From the NCBI GenBank assembly GCA_963799015.1, contig CAWCWD010000062.1, forward strand, positions 51 to 64,050: a DNA stretch of 64,000 nt. The letters run 5' to 3'. Of this stretch, positions 1-8,840 are shown piece after piece (position 1 is the stretch's first letter; every line of letters begins with the position of its first letter). Source of the DNA: an uncultured Actinomycetota bacterium. Its GTDB lineage: Bacteria; Actinomycetota; Actinomycetes; Actinomycetales; Microbacteriaceae. The position numbers and the translations under genes are program-made. A model generated the notes under the pieces. It was not told the origin of the DNA. It worked only from the letters and a program-made list of their open reading frames with translations, and searched no databases.

Positions 1-354
1 CGGATGCCGCGTGAGACCGTCGCGGTCGTCGGCGCCGAGCAGCTGCTGCTGTCGAAGGCCGTGCGGCGCGTGGCATCCGTCGTCGGCCGTCGCGTGGTCG
101 TGGTGCCGTGGCCGGTGTGGGCGCAGTACGCGCTCGCGCAGGTGACCGAGTGGACCATGAAGGTGCCGCTCGTCGCGAAGGCCCAGGTGCGCATGCTCGC
201 CGAGGGCGTGACGGATGCCGCGCCGCCCGCGGCATCCGTGCCCGACGACCTGCTCCCCCGCCGCATGTTCACGGCCGAGCAGATCCGCAGCGCCCTGCCC
301 GAGCCCGGCGGGTTCGGATGGCGCGACCTGCGGGTCAGTGGCGGCTCCCGCTGA
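1..354 (+). CDS. 3' part of NAD(P)-dependent epimerase/NAD(P)H-binding protein (5' end outside window); near-identical copy of 13378-13722
   Basis: Translation matches the C-terminus of 12823..13722 almost residue for residue; about 8 nt differences over ~340 bp. Confidence 0.85.
   Translation, partial: RMPRETVAVVGAEQLLLSKAVRRVASVVGRRVVVVPWPVWAQYALAQVTEWTMKVPLVAKAQVRMLAEGVTDAAPPAASVPDDLLPRRMFTAEQIRSALPEPGGFGWRDLRVSGGSR
211..239. repeat. Perfect inverted repeat ACGGATGCCGCG-CCGCC-CGCGGCATCCGT, also at 1661-1689, 13588-13616 and 22995-23023
   Basis: 12-bp arms with a 5-nt loop, read directly at all four positions. Confidence 0.9.
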
Positions 355-456
355 GCGCTGACGCGAAGACCATCTGCGGTGATTTCACGATGAATGCCGA
401 TCCAAGGCGGATACGGGAGTACTATATTCAACAGATCGAATCTTTGGAGCCCTTTC

Positions 457-1032
457 ATGACCGCTGGCACTCTCGTACGATCGGCTCGCAAGAGTCGACG
501 GCTCACGCAGGCGAGCCTCGGGCGTCGCGCGCGCCTGACGCAGTCGCACCTCTCGCTCATCGAGGGAGACCGGCAGAACCCGTCATTCGACACCGTCGAG
601 CGGGCCCTGCGGGGCGCCGGTCACCGCCTGGTGGCCGTCCCCACGCTTCGAGACGACGCCGCCATCATCGCCTCCGACATACGAGCCGACCTGGCGTTCG
701 GGCGACCCGAGCGAGCACTTCGGCGGTTCATCCAGCTCAATGACAACCTGACGGCCGAGCACGGTGCCGTGCGGTTCGCGCTGGCGATCACCGAACCCGA
801 ATCGACGGGCTCCAAACAGTGGGACGCCGCGATCGCCGCACTCGTTGCGCATCACCTGGAGGCGGAGCAGCTGCCGGTTCCAGAGTGGGCGAGCCGACCG
901 TCACGCGTTCTCAAGCGTGCCTGGGTATTCGGAGTCGGCCCCTACACATTGGCGCCCGAGCTCGATCGCGTCCCCGCGGCGTTCCGTGAACGGCGCGTTC
1001 TCATCGACGTCGACACCCTGCGCAGCGTATGA
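457..1032 (+). CDS. XRE-family HTH protein, putative antitoxin
   Basis: N-terminal HTH (LTQASLGRRARLTQSHLSLIEGDRQNPSFDTV); C-terminal 'WDAAIAALV...PEW...VPAAFRERRV' resembles actinobacterial antitoxins paired with nucleotidyltransferases. Confidence 0.7.
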   Translation: MTAGTLVRSARKSRRLTQASLGRRARLTQSHLSLIEGDRQNPSFDTVERALRGAGHRLVAVPTLRDDAAIIASDIRADLAFGRPERALRRFIQLNDNLTAEHGAVRFALAITEPESTGSKQWDAAIAALVAHHLEAEQLPVPEWASRPSRVLKRAWVFGVGPYTLAPELDRVPAAFRERRVLIDVDTLRSV

Positions 1033-1093
1033 CCGCGGAAAGTCGCCGCGGCGCGCCCGATTGTGTTGCGCCCTCGCGCGCTAGGTTGGTGCA

Positions 1094-1642
1094 ATGCAGC
1101 CCGGTGAGGTCGGAATCGAGATCACGCCGATCCTGGCGGCCCCCTCGCTCGAACCGGAGTTCGCCGCTCAGCTCGACGCGCTTCTGCGCCGCACCTGCAA
1201 GATCGCCCGCGCGCTGACCGGCGCCGAGCTGGCGGCCGTCAAGCTCTGGGTCGGCGAGGACTCGTCGCAGGCACGCAAGTACTTCAGCATGAGCGAGAAA
1301 TACGCAGCGTTCCGCGACTTCCGAGTCGACCCGAAGGGCGACGGCCTGCACGGGATGAGGATCCCACCCGGCGAGGTCATCCGCCTGACCGAAGCCGAGG
1401 TGTTGTCGCATCCGCTCTACCAGGGCTTCGGCCCGTTCGCTGACGCCCACCCGCCGATGCGGGGATGGCTGGCCACGAGTGTCTGCGGCGACGACGGTCG
1501 AATCTACGGTCTGCTGCAACTGAGCGATAAGAGCGGTGGGCGCGACTTCGACGAATCCGACGAGGCGAACATCCACGAACTCGCAGCTCTGATCGGTGAG
1601 ACGCTCGACGCCCTTCGACTGGCCGCCCAGCGGCCGGCTTAG
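1094..1642 (+). CDS. Stand-alone GAF domain protein
   Basis: 'GFGPFADAHPPMRGWLA...IYGLLQLSDKSGGRDFDESDE' is a DosS-like GAF signature. Confidence 0.8.
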   Translation: MQPGEVGIEITPILAAPSLEPEFAAQLDALLRRTCKIARALTGAELAAVKLWVGEDSSQARKYFSMSEKYAAFRDFRVDPKGDGLHGMRIPPGEVIRLTEAEVLSHPLYQGFGPFADAHPPMRGWLATSVCGDDGRIYGLLQLSDKSGGRDFDESDEANIHELAALIGETLDALRLAAQRPA

Positions 1643-1656
1643 CTGATTGGGGTGCT

Positions 1657-1723
1657 CGTGACGGATGCCGCGCCGCCCGCGGCATCCGTGCCCGACGACC
1701 TTCGCCCACGGCACATGTTCACG
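1657..1723 (+). repeat. Intergenic remnant of epimerase 3' region (equivalent to 207-273)
   Basis: CGTGACGGATGCCGCG...GTGCCCGACGACCTTCGCCCACGGCACATGTTCACG encodes VTDAAPPAASVPDDLRPRHMFT. Confidence 0.9.
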
Positions 1724-1752
1724 CGGATTCACGGTCTACCCCCGAGCGGGCG

Positions 1753-1776
1753 AACGATATATCGTTGATATATCGT
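1753..1776. promoter_or_regulatory. Putative PadR operator, AACGATATATCGTT followed by a second GATATATCG
   Basis: Perfect AT-rich palindrome plus tandem copy directly upstream of the PadR gene. Confidence 0.65.
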
Positions 1777-1813
1777 CGAGACCCGGGCGAGCGCCCGGTT
1801 CAGGGAGGACATC

Positions 1814-2384
1814 ATGAGCGGTTCGTACAGGGGCGACGGCTTCACCGGTCCCTCGGGCGGGTGGGGGCAAGGCAGCCCCCCGACAGGGACTGTGGGAGGC
1901 CCTGGATCAACTTCGCGGCATGTTCGAGCAGAAGGTCGCGCCGCGCATGGGCCGCGGCGACGTCCGCGCGGCGGTGCTCGCGCTCCTCGCCGAGCAGCCG
2001 ATGCATGGCTACCAGATCATCAGCGAGATCGCCGAGCGCAGCGGCGGCGCATGGAAGCCGAGCGCGGGCTCGGTGTATCCGACGCTGCAGCTGCTCGCCG
2101 ACGAGGGGCTCATCAGCGCAGAGGAGGCGGACGGCCGCAAGACCTACTCGCTGACGGAAGCGGGGCGGGCCGAGGCCGAGGCATCCGCTGATCGTCCCGC
2201 GCCGTGGCAGACCCCGAGCGCGCGCGACTCCGGCACGGTCGGGGCGCTCCCGAAGGCCGGCATCGAGCTCGCACAGGCGGCGGCGCAGGTCGGGCGCACG
2301 GGCACTCCCGAGCAGGTCAAGCAGGCGGTCGACGTGCTCGACGACGCGCGTCGTCGTCTGTACTCGATCCTCGCTCAGGACTGA
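1814..2384 (+). CDS. PadR-family transcriptional regulator (apparent frameshift near 1890)
   Basis: RGDVRAAVLALLAEQPMHGYQII...PSAGSVYPTL; RBS GGAGGA before ATG 1814. Confidence 0.88.
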
Positions 2385-2389
2385 CCTCG

Positions 2390-4161
2390 GTGCCCTCGGC
2401 ACGTCGGGGTCCAGGAGACTCGACGCCCGATGTCGGCAACACGCGCGCCCGCTACCGGCGGATCCTGCGGTTCGCCGCGCGACACATCGTCCAGACCTGG
2501 TGGTTCGAGCTCGTCCTGCCTCGCATCGGCCTGGCGAAGGTCGCGGCGCGCGGGCGAGCAGCGCGGCTGACTCGCATCGCCCAGCGCTTCCACGTGCTCG
2601 CGGTCGACCTCGGCGGCCTCATGATCAAGGTCGGCCAATACCTGTCGTCGCGACTCGACGTGCTGCCGCCCGAGATCACGAACGAGCTCGCTGGGCTCCA
2701 AGACGAAGTGCCGCCCGTGCCGTTCGACGCGATCCGACGCCTCGCCGAGGCCGAGCTGGGCCTTCCGCTCGAGCGCGCGTACGCGTGGTTCGACCCGACA
2801 CCGCTGGCCGCGGCATCCCTCGGTCAAGCGCACCGCGCCCGGCTCTCGCCGATCGACGCCGCCGACACGGGGCTCGACGAGGCCGTCGTCAAGGTGCAGC
2901 GACCGGGCATCGAGACGATCGTCGACGTCGACCTGGCGGCGCTGCGCCGCGTCGCCGGATGGCTCAGCCGCGTGACGTTCGTCTCGAGCCGCGTGGACCT
3001 CCCCTCGCTCGTCGAGGAGTTCGCCGTCACGAGCCTCCAGGAGATCGACTACCTGCAGGAAGCGCGCAACGCCGAGCGGTTCGCCGCGAGCTTCGCCGGC
3101 GACCCGCGGGTCGCCGCGCCCGAAGTCGTCTGGGAGCGCACGACGCGCCGCGTGCTGACGCTCGCCGACGTGACGGCGATCAAGATCAACGACCGCGAGT
3201 CCCTGGTGGCGGCGGGCATCGACCCGAAGGCCGTCGCGAAGCAGTTCGCGACCGTCATGTTCGACCAGCTCTTCCGCGACGGCTTCTTCCACGCCGACCC
3301 GCACCCCGGCAACATCTTCGTCACGCCGGTCGACCAGGTGACGGATGCCGCGTCGCCGGCCTCGAGGGTGACGGATGCCGCGTCGCCGGCCGCGTCCCCG
3401 CCTGGGAGCTCACCTTCATCGACTTCGGCATGATGGGCGAGGTGCCCGACGGACTGCGCCGCGGCCTGCAGCAGCTCATCCTCGCGGTCGCCGCGCGTGA
3501 CGGCAAGCGCCTGGTCGACAGCATCCGCGGTGTCGGCATCCTGCTGCCGTCGGCCGACACGGCGGAGCTCGAGCGAGCGATGTCCGAGCTGTTCGCGCGC
3601 TTCGGAGGCATGGGCCTCGCCGAGGTACGGCAGGTCGACGAGCGCGAGCTGCGCAGCTTCGCGATCGAGTTCGGCGAGGTGATGCGGGCGCTGCCGTTCC
3701 AACTGCCCGAGAACTTCCTGCTCATCATCCGGGCGATGTCGCTGACCTCGGGCATGTGCAGCTCGCTCGACCCCGACTTCAACATGTGGGACGCCGTCGA
3801 GCCCTACGCCGCGCAACTCCTGCGCGACGAGCGCGGCAACATCGTGCAGGCGTTCGGGCAGGAGGCGCTGTCCGTCGCGGGCACGGTCGCGCGGCTGCCG
3901 CAGCGCCTCGATGCGCTCGCGGACCGCATCGAGGAGGGGCGCCTCGTCGCGAACTCGCCGCGGCTCGAGCAGCGGATGGCGAGGCTCGAGCGCACGACCC
4001 AGCGGATCATCTCGGCGGTCCTGTTCGTCGGCCTGTTCATCGGCGGAATCCTGCTTCGCGTCGACGAGCCGGTGTGGGGCGTCACGCTGATCGCGGTGTC
4101 GGTGATCCCGCTCCTGCACGCCCTGTTCGCCGGGGTGTTCCGCCGGCGCGGGCGGGGGTGA
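2390..4161 (+). CDS. AarF/ABC1/UbiB-family atypical kinase (apparent frameshift near 3395)
   Basis: IKVGQ, AAASLGQAH, VKVQRP and HADPHPGN in one frame; IDFGMMG and two C-terminal TM helices in the next. Confidence 0.88.
3338..3392 (+). repeat. Tandem repeat, period 30 bp (GTGACGGATGCCGCGTCGCCGGCC x2)
   Basis: Read directly; encodes VTDAASPA twice. Confidence 0.85.
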
Positions 4162-4357
4162 TCGGAGCCGACACCGGCGACGTCGAGTCTCGGATGCTGC
4201 CGGTTTCACCGCGAACCTTCACGGGCGGTGGATGTCGCCTGCCAGGAGTGTCGAGCCGGATGCCTCGGCCAGGCGACTTCTCCTCCACAGCGGGCCGTCG
4301 GGCGAACTTCTCCACAGGGAATTTCCTGATCAGGGGCGATTTTCATGTGCGACCGGA

Positions 4358-4379
4358 TGTCAGTGGGTGGGTGCAGGAT
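4358..4379 (+). promoter_or_regulatory. RecA-NDp/PafBC-type DNA-damage promoter, probably leaderless
   Basis: TGTCAGTG-N8-CAGGAT versus consensus TGTCRgtg-N8-TAnnnT, 6 nt before ATG 4386. Confidence 0.55.
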
Positions 4380-4385
4380 CGAAGC

Positions 4386-5819
4386 ATGGAACAGCCCCCA
4401 TCGCCGCAGCCAGCGCCGTCGCCCCTGCGCGCGCTGCACGCGCTCGCCGCGCTCGAGCGCGATATCGCGGCGCTGCGCGAGGCGTGGGCGGGCTCGATGC
4501 CGGCGTGGGGCGCTGTCGGTGGGGCCGCGCAGGTCGAAGTGGAACAGATGAGCGACCCCGGGCTCATGCAGGTCACCGATGCGCTCGCGCAAGTCCGGCG
4601 CGACATCGACGCCGTCCTTGCCAGGGTCGCCGCCGAGGTGACGAAGCGATCCGGGCCGGAGTTCGGCGATATCGGATTGGCGAAGGCGCAGGGATTCCAC
4701 AACCCGGCGCGACTCATCGCCGCGTCCACCGGGGCATCGCGCGCCGACGCGCTGAGGCTGATCACCGTCGGCACCGTCACCGCGCAACGCCAGACCTTCA
4801 GCGGCGAGCGACTCCCCGCGCGGCATCCGCACGTCGCAGCTGCCTTGGAGGCTGCGAAGATCGGCATCGAGGCGGCATCCGCGATCACCTCGATGCTCGA
4901 CCGGGCGTCGGCGCGGGCCGAGGCGAGCAGGGTCGACGTCGTCGAAGCAGCGCTCGTCGAACTGGCAGCGCAGGTGCCGCTCGAAACGCTCATTCGCGGA
5001 GTTCGCGAGGCGGAGGCACGGCTCGACCCCGACGGAGTCGAGCCCCGCGAAGACCTGCTCCGCATGGAGCGCTCGCTGACGATGCGCGAAGACGGCCGCG
5101 GCATGGTGCACCTGCACGCCCGCCTCGACCCCGAGAGCGCCGCCCCGGTGAAGGCGGCGATCGAGGCGCTCGTGAGCGACGTGCTGCGCCGACGCGAGCC
5201 CGCCGACGGCGATCGCACCCCTGTCGCGGATGACCGACGGTCGATCCCGCAGATCCAGGCCGACGCGCTCGCCGCGCTCGCCCGCCACACGCTCGGCTGC
5301 GCCCAGACCCTCGCACCGCTCGCGAAGACCACGGTCGTCCTCCGCGTCGACCTCGACACGCTCGTCAGCGGACTCGGGCACGCGCGCATCGACGGTCTCG
5401 ACCAACCCATCTCCGCCGCCACGGCCCGCCGCATGGCGGCCGACGCCGAACTCGTCCCCGCCGTCCTCGGCGGGGACAGCATCCCGCTCGACCTGGGAAG
5501 GGCCGCCCGGCTGTTCACCAGAGCGCAACGCCTCGCGCTCGGCGAGCGCGACGGCGGCTGCGCTGCGTGTGGTCAGAACATCGCCTACGTCGAAGCCCAC
5601 CACATCGCCTGGTGGGAACGCGATACGGGCCCGACCGATCTCTCGAACGGGGTCATGCTCTGCAGCTTCTGCCACCACATGATCCACCGCGAGGGGTGGA
5701 AGATACACCCGAGCCCGAACGAAGTGTGGTTCATCCCACCACCGCACATCGACCCGGCACAGGTTCCGCGACTCGGCGGCCGGGCGCGATTCGAGCTGCG
5801 CGAAGACCGGGCGGCGTGA
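4386..5819 (+). CDS. DUF222 (13E12 repeat family) HNH endonuclease
   Basis: RLFTRAQRLALGERDGGCAACG...EAHHIAWW...GPTDLSNGVMLCSFCHHMIH; DUF222-type 'RSIPQIQADAL'. Confidence 0.92.
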   Translation: MEQPPSPQPAPSPLRALHALAALERDIAALREAWAGSMPAWGAVGGAAQVEVEQMSDPGLMQVTDALAQVRRDIDAVLARVAAEVTKRSGPEFGDIGLAKAQGFHNPARLIAASTGASRADALRLITVGTVTAQRQTFSGERLPARHPHVAAALEAAKIGIEAASAITSMLDRASARAEASRVDVVEAALVELAAQVPLETLIRGVREAEARLDPDGVEPREDLLRMERSLTMREDGRGMVHLHARLDPESAAPVKAAIEALVSDVLRRREPADGDRTPVADDRRSIPQIQADALAALARHTLGCAQTLAPLAKTTVVLRVDLDTLVSGLGHARIDGLDQPISAATARRMAADAELVPAVLGGDSIPLDLGRAARLFTRAQRLALGERDGGCAACGQNIAYVEAHHIAWWERDTGPTDLSNGVMLCSFCHHMIHREGWKIHPSPNEVWFIPPPHIDPAQVPRLGGRARFELREDRAA

Positions 5820-5928
5820 CACGACTCGGCTCAGTCGACCCGGTGCGCGCTGCGCCGAGCGCGCAGTGAGCGCTCCACCCTGCCCGACGGCCGTCGAACG
5901 GATCGGCACGATGTCGGCGTCTCCTCGT

Positions 5929-6351
5929 TCACTCGCGCTCGAACACGATGGCCGCGGGGAACCGCTTGAGCACCGGCCGGAACGGCGCCTTCGCGAGCCG
6001 CTCCGCCTCCGCACCGTCGACGATCCGCGGATGCACGAGCTCGACATCGCGCCCCCTCCACCGGAGCGATGCGCCACCCGCCGCCACGACGTTGCGTGCC
6101 CAGTTGGTCGTTGCGCCCCACGGCAGGCCGATCATCACGATGGACGCGTCCGTCGTCGGCACCACCGCGATCGGTGTCTCGTAGGCGGTGCCGCTCCGGC
6201 GTCCGCGATGGCGGATGAGCGCCCAGAGCGGCACCCAGCGGCGGCCCGCCAGGGCGCGCGCGACCGGCGCGGTCGCGTTCACGAGCCGGCGGGGCGGCCC
6301 GCCGGCGGCGCGCGGTTCGGGGGGTCGGGACTGATGGGAGGTCTCGTTCAT
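5929..6351 (-). CDS. Deazaflavin (F420)-dependent nitroreductase-family protein
   Basis: HRGRRSGTAYETPI...LPWGATTNWARNVVAAG motif. Confidence 0.82.
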   Translation of the reverse strand: MNETSHQSRPPEPRAAGGPPRRLVNATAPVARALAGRRWVPLWALIRHRGRRSGTAYETPIAVVPTTDASIVMIGLPWGATTNWARNVVAAGGASLRWRGRDVELVHPRIVDGAEAERLAKAPFRPVLKRFPAAIVFERE

Positions 6352-6359
6352 GCAGGGAG

Positions 6360-6438
6360 AACGGATGAGCCGGGGCGGATGTGACATCCGCGACAGCGAC
6401 ATCCGTGCTTGCGTCACATTCGCCGCGGGTGGATCGTC
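6360..6438. promoter_or_regulatory. Back-to-back ECF41-type promoters
   Basis: Minus strand TGTCACA(6386-6380)-N16-CGTT-N8-ATG; plus strand GTCACA(6413-6418)-N16-CGTC-N8-ATG. Confidence 0.75.
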
Positions 6439-6446
6439 TTCCTGTC

Positions 6447-7322
6447 ATGACCGATTTCTCCGACCTGTGGACCGCGCACCGACACGTCGTCCGCGACGTC
6501 GCCTACCGGGTGCTCGGATCCGTCGCCGAGGCCGAGGATGTCACCCAGGAGACCTACCTCCGGCTGCTCGCCCGCGGCGATGAGCCCGACGCGGAGCCGC
6601 TCGACGAGCCGCGCGCGTGGCTGGTCACGGTCGCGTCCCGGCTCGCGATCGACCGGTTGCGCGCGCACGAGCACTCCCGTCGCGCCTACGTCGGGCCCTG
6701 GCTGCCGGAACCGATCGTCACCGACGAGCGGACGCTTCCCGAGGACCGCGTCACCCTCGACGACTCGGTGCGGATGGCGCTGCTCGTCGTGCTCGAACAG
6801 CTCACGCCCGCGGAACGCACGGCGTTCCTCCTCCACGACGTGTTCGACCTCGGCTTCGACCGCATCGCCGACGTCCTCGGCGTGAGCCCGGCGAGCGCGC
6901 GGCAGTCCGCGTCACGCGCGCGGAAGCGGATCGCCGCGCAGGGCGAAGCCCGGTTCTCCGTCGATCCCGCCGCCGCCCGCCGACTGTCGGAGCGATTCGC
7001 CGCTGCCGCGTCCGACGGCGACCTCGCCGGGCTGGTCGCGGTGCTCGCGACGGATGCCACGGGCCACTTCGACTCCGGCGGCATCTTCCCTGACGCGCCG
7101 ACCGAGGTGGTCGTCGGCGCCGAGACGGTCGCCCGGCAGCTCCTCGCCGGGGTCGGCGGGCGGGGCCTCGACTTCGAGGTCGCGGAGGTGAACGCCGAAC
7201 CGGGGATCGTCGTCCGCCGCCGGGGGCGGGTCGTCTCCGTGCTCGCGCTCGAGTTCGCCGACGACCGGATCTCGGTCATCCACGGCATCGGGAATCCGAA
7301 GAAGCTCGCACACGTGCGGTGA
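6447..7322 (+). CDS. sigJ: ECF41/SigJ-family sigma factor with SnoaL-like C-terminal extension
   Basis: YVGPWLPEP and NPKKL (NPDKL-like) motifs; AEAEDVTQE region 2. Confidence 0.9.
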   Translation: MTDFSDLWTAHRHVVRDVAYRVLGSVAEAEDVTQETYLRLLARGDEPDAEPLDEPRAWLVTVASRLAIDRLRAHEHSRRAYVGPWLPEPIVTDERTLPEDRVTLDDSVRMALLVVLEQLTPAERTAFLLHDVFDLGFDRIADVLGVSPASARQSASRARKRIAAQGEARFSVDPAAARRLSERFAAAASDGDLAGLVAVLATDATGHFDSGGIFPDAPTEVVVGAETVARQLLAGVGGRGLDFEVAEVNAEPGIVVRRRGRVVSVLALEFADDRISVIHGIGNPKKLAHVR

Positions 7323-7338
7323 GTGCTTCGGGCTGTCA

Positions 7339-7368
7339 GTGCCCGACGACCTTCGGCCGCGGCGCATG
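7339..7368 (+). repeat. Remnant of epimerase 3' region (VPDDLRPRRM)
   Basis: GTGCCCGACGACCTTCGGCCGCGGCGCATG aligns with 238-267 and 1688-1717. Confidence 0.75.
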
Positions 7369-7595
7369 GAGCGGTGAGCATCGGGTCGCGCCGTGCTCCG
7401 TCGACCCCTGTAGTGGGGCGATCCAGTTCGGCATGGGCGCGCACATGCGGCGTAGTGTCGCGAGTGGGGGCACCTGCTCCCGCCCCGCGATCCGGATCCC
7501 TGGCCTCAGCGAGGGGCGACGGCATGATCACGATGTCTCGTGTCCGTGCCGGGCGCGATCCGAGCTGCGTCCCGCGCGACGCCGAGGGGCCTGTC

Positions 7596-8802
7596 ATGCG
7601 GAATTCGAAATGGGCCGTCGTCGCGGTCGCGGCGGTCACCGTCTCGCTGCTGAGCGGATGCGTCGCCACGGCGTCGAACGTCGCCTCGACCCCGCCGACT
7701 GCCTCCACCAACTCCCTCGATCCCGCATTGCGTGCACGACTCGAGGCGGCTCTCGACGAGGGCTTCGCGGCATCCGGAATGCCCGGCGTGATCGTCGGGC
7801 TGTGGATCCCCGGCCAAGACGAATGGGTCGCCACCCGAGGCGTCTCGGATCTCGACCTCGAACCTGCCGATGGACCGTGCCAACCAGTCCAAGATCGGGA
7901 GCATCACCAAGACCATAACCAGCACGGTCGCGCTGCAGGTCATCGGCGACGGAGGGGCCGGGCTCACCCTCGACGACACGATCGATCGTTGGTATCCCGA
8001 CTTTCCTTCCGCGAGCGAAATCACCCTGCGCATGCTCATGAACATGTCGAGCGGGATCGGCAGCCCGGGCCAGGCGCAGCTCGACCGGATCTGTGCTGAT
8101 CCGTACTCGACGATCACGCCCGATGAGGTCATCGCCATCGGCGCATCGACGCCGCGCGAGGCCTTCGCACCCGGCCGGGGGGAGGCCTACTCGGGATTCA
8201 ACACCTTCCTTCTCGGACGCATCCTCGAACACTCCACCGGCACCGATCTCGGCACGCTGATCGGCGAGCATCTCATCGAACCGCTCGGGATGAATCGAAG
8301 CCGCTTCGCTCCCGATGCCGTGCTGGCGGAGCCGTTCAACCGCGGCTACTCGGGATTCTGCGCGCAGCTGCCGCAACCCACCGACACCACCGACTGGACC
8401 CTTCACGAGGCCTGGGCGGCCGGCGCCATGCTCTCGACGATCGACGACCTGCACACCTGGGGGCTCGCGCTGGGTGAAGGATACGGACTCACCCCCGAAC
8501 TGCGAGCTGCACGCATCGACGACCGCGCCCCCGGCACCACCGCCGCGGGGTACGGGTACGGGCTCGGCGTGGGGGTCCACATCGACCCGGACTCCGGATG
8601 CCTCCTCGACCTCAATCACAGTGGCGCCGAGCCGGGATACGGCGCGCACGTGCAGTACTTCGCGGGCTCCGACGCCGTGCTCGCCGTCATCGGCAATGGA
8701 GACGGCGGCACCGGCGAGGAGTTCTTCAAGGTCGTCGCGGCGCTCCTCCCGGTGCTGCCGACGTCGGTGGCCGCCACGTCGAGCACCGCATGTCTCGAGT
8801 AG
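7596..8802 (+). CDS. Beta-lactamase-family serine hydrolase lipoprotein (apparent frameshift near 7862)
   Basis: Lipobox LLSGC; SxxK motif GSITK; 'ITLRMLMNMSSG'; HSG motif. Confidence 0.85.
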
Positions 8803-8817
8803 GGGATGCCACGGAGC

Positions 8818-8834
8818 GGCGCGACCTGCGGATC
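8818..8834 (+). repeat. Remnant of the extreme 3' end of the epimerase (RDLRI)
   Basis: GGCGCGACCTGCGGATC is 16/17 identical to 320-336 and to 13697-13713. Confidence 0.55.
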
Positions 8835-8840
8835 TGGGAG

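Noticed and set aside
4277-4318. DnaA-box-like TTCTCCACA words suggesting an origin
   Set aside because: Only one or two imperfect boxes, with no AT-rich unwinding element or replication genes.
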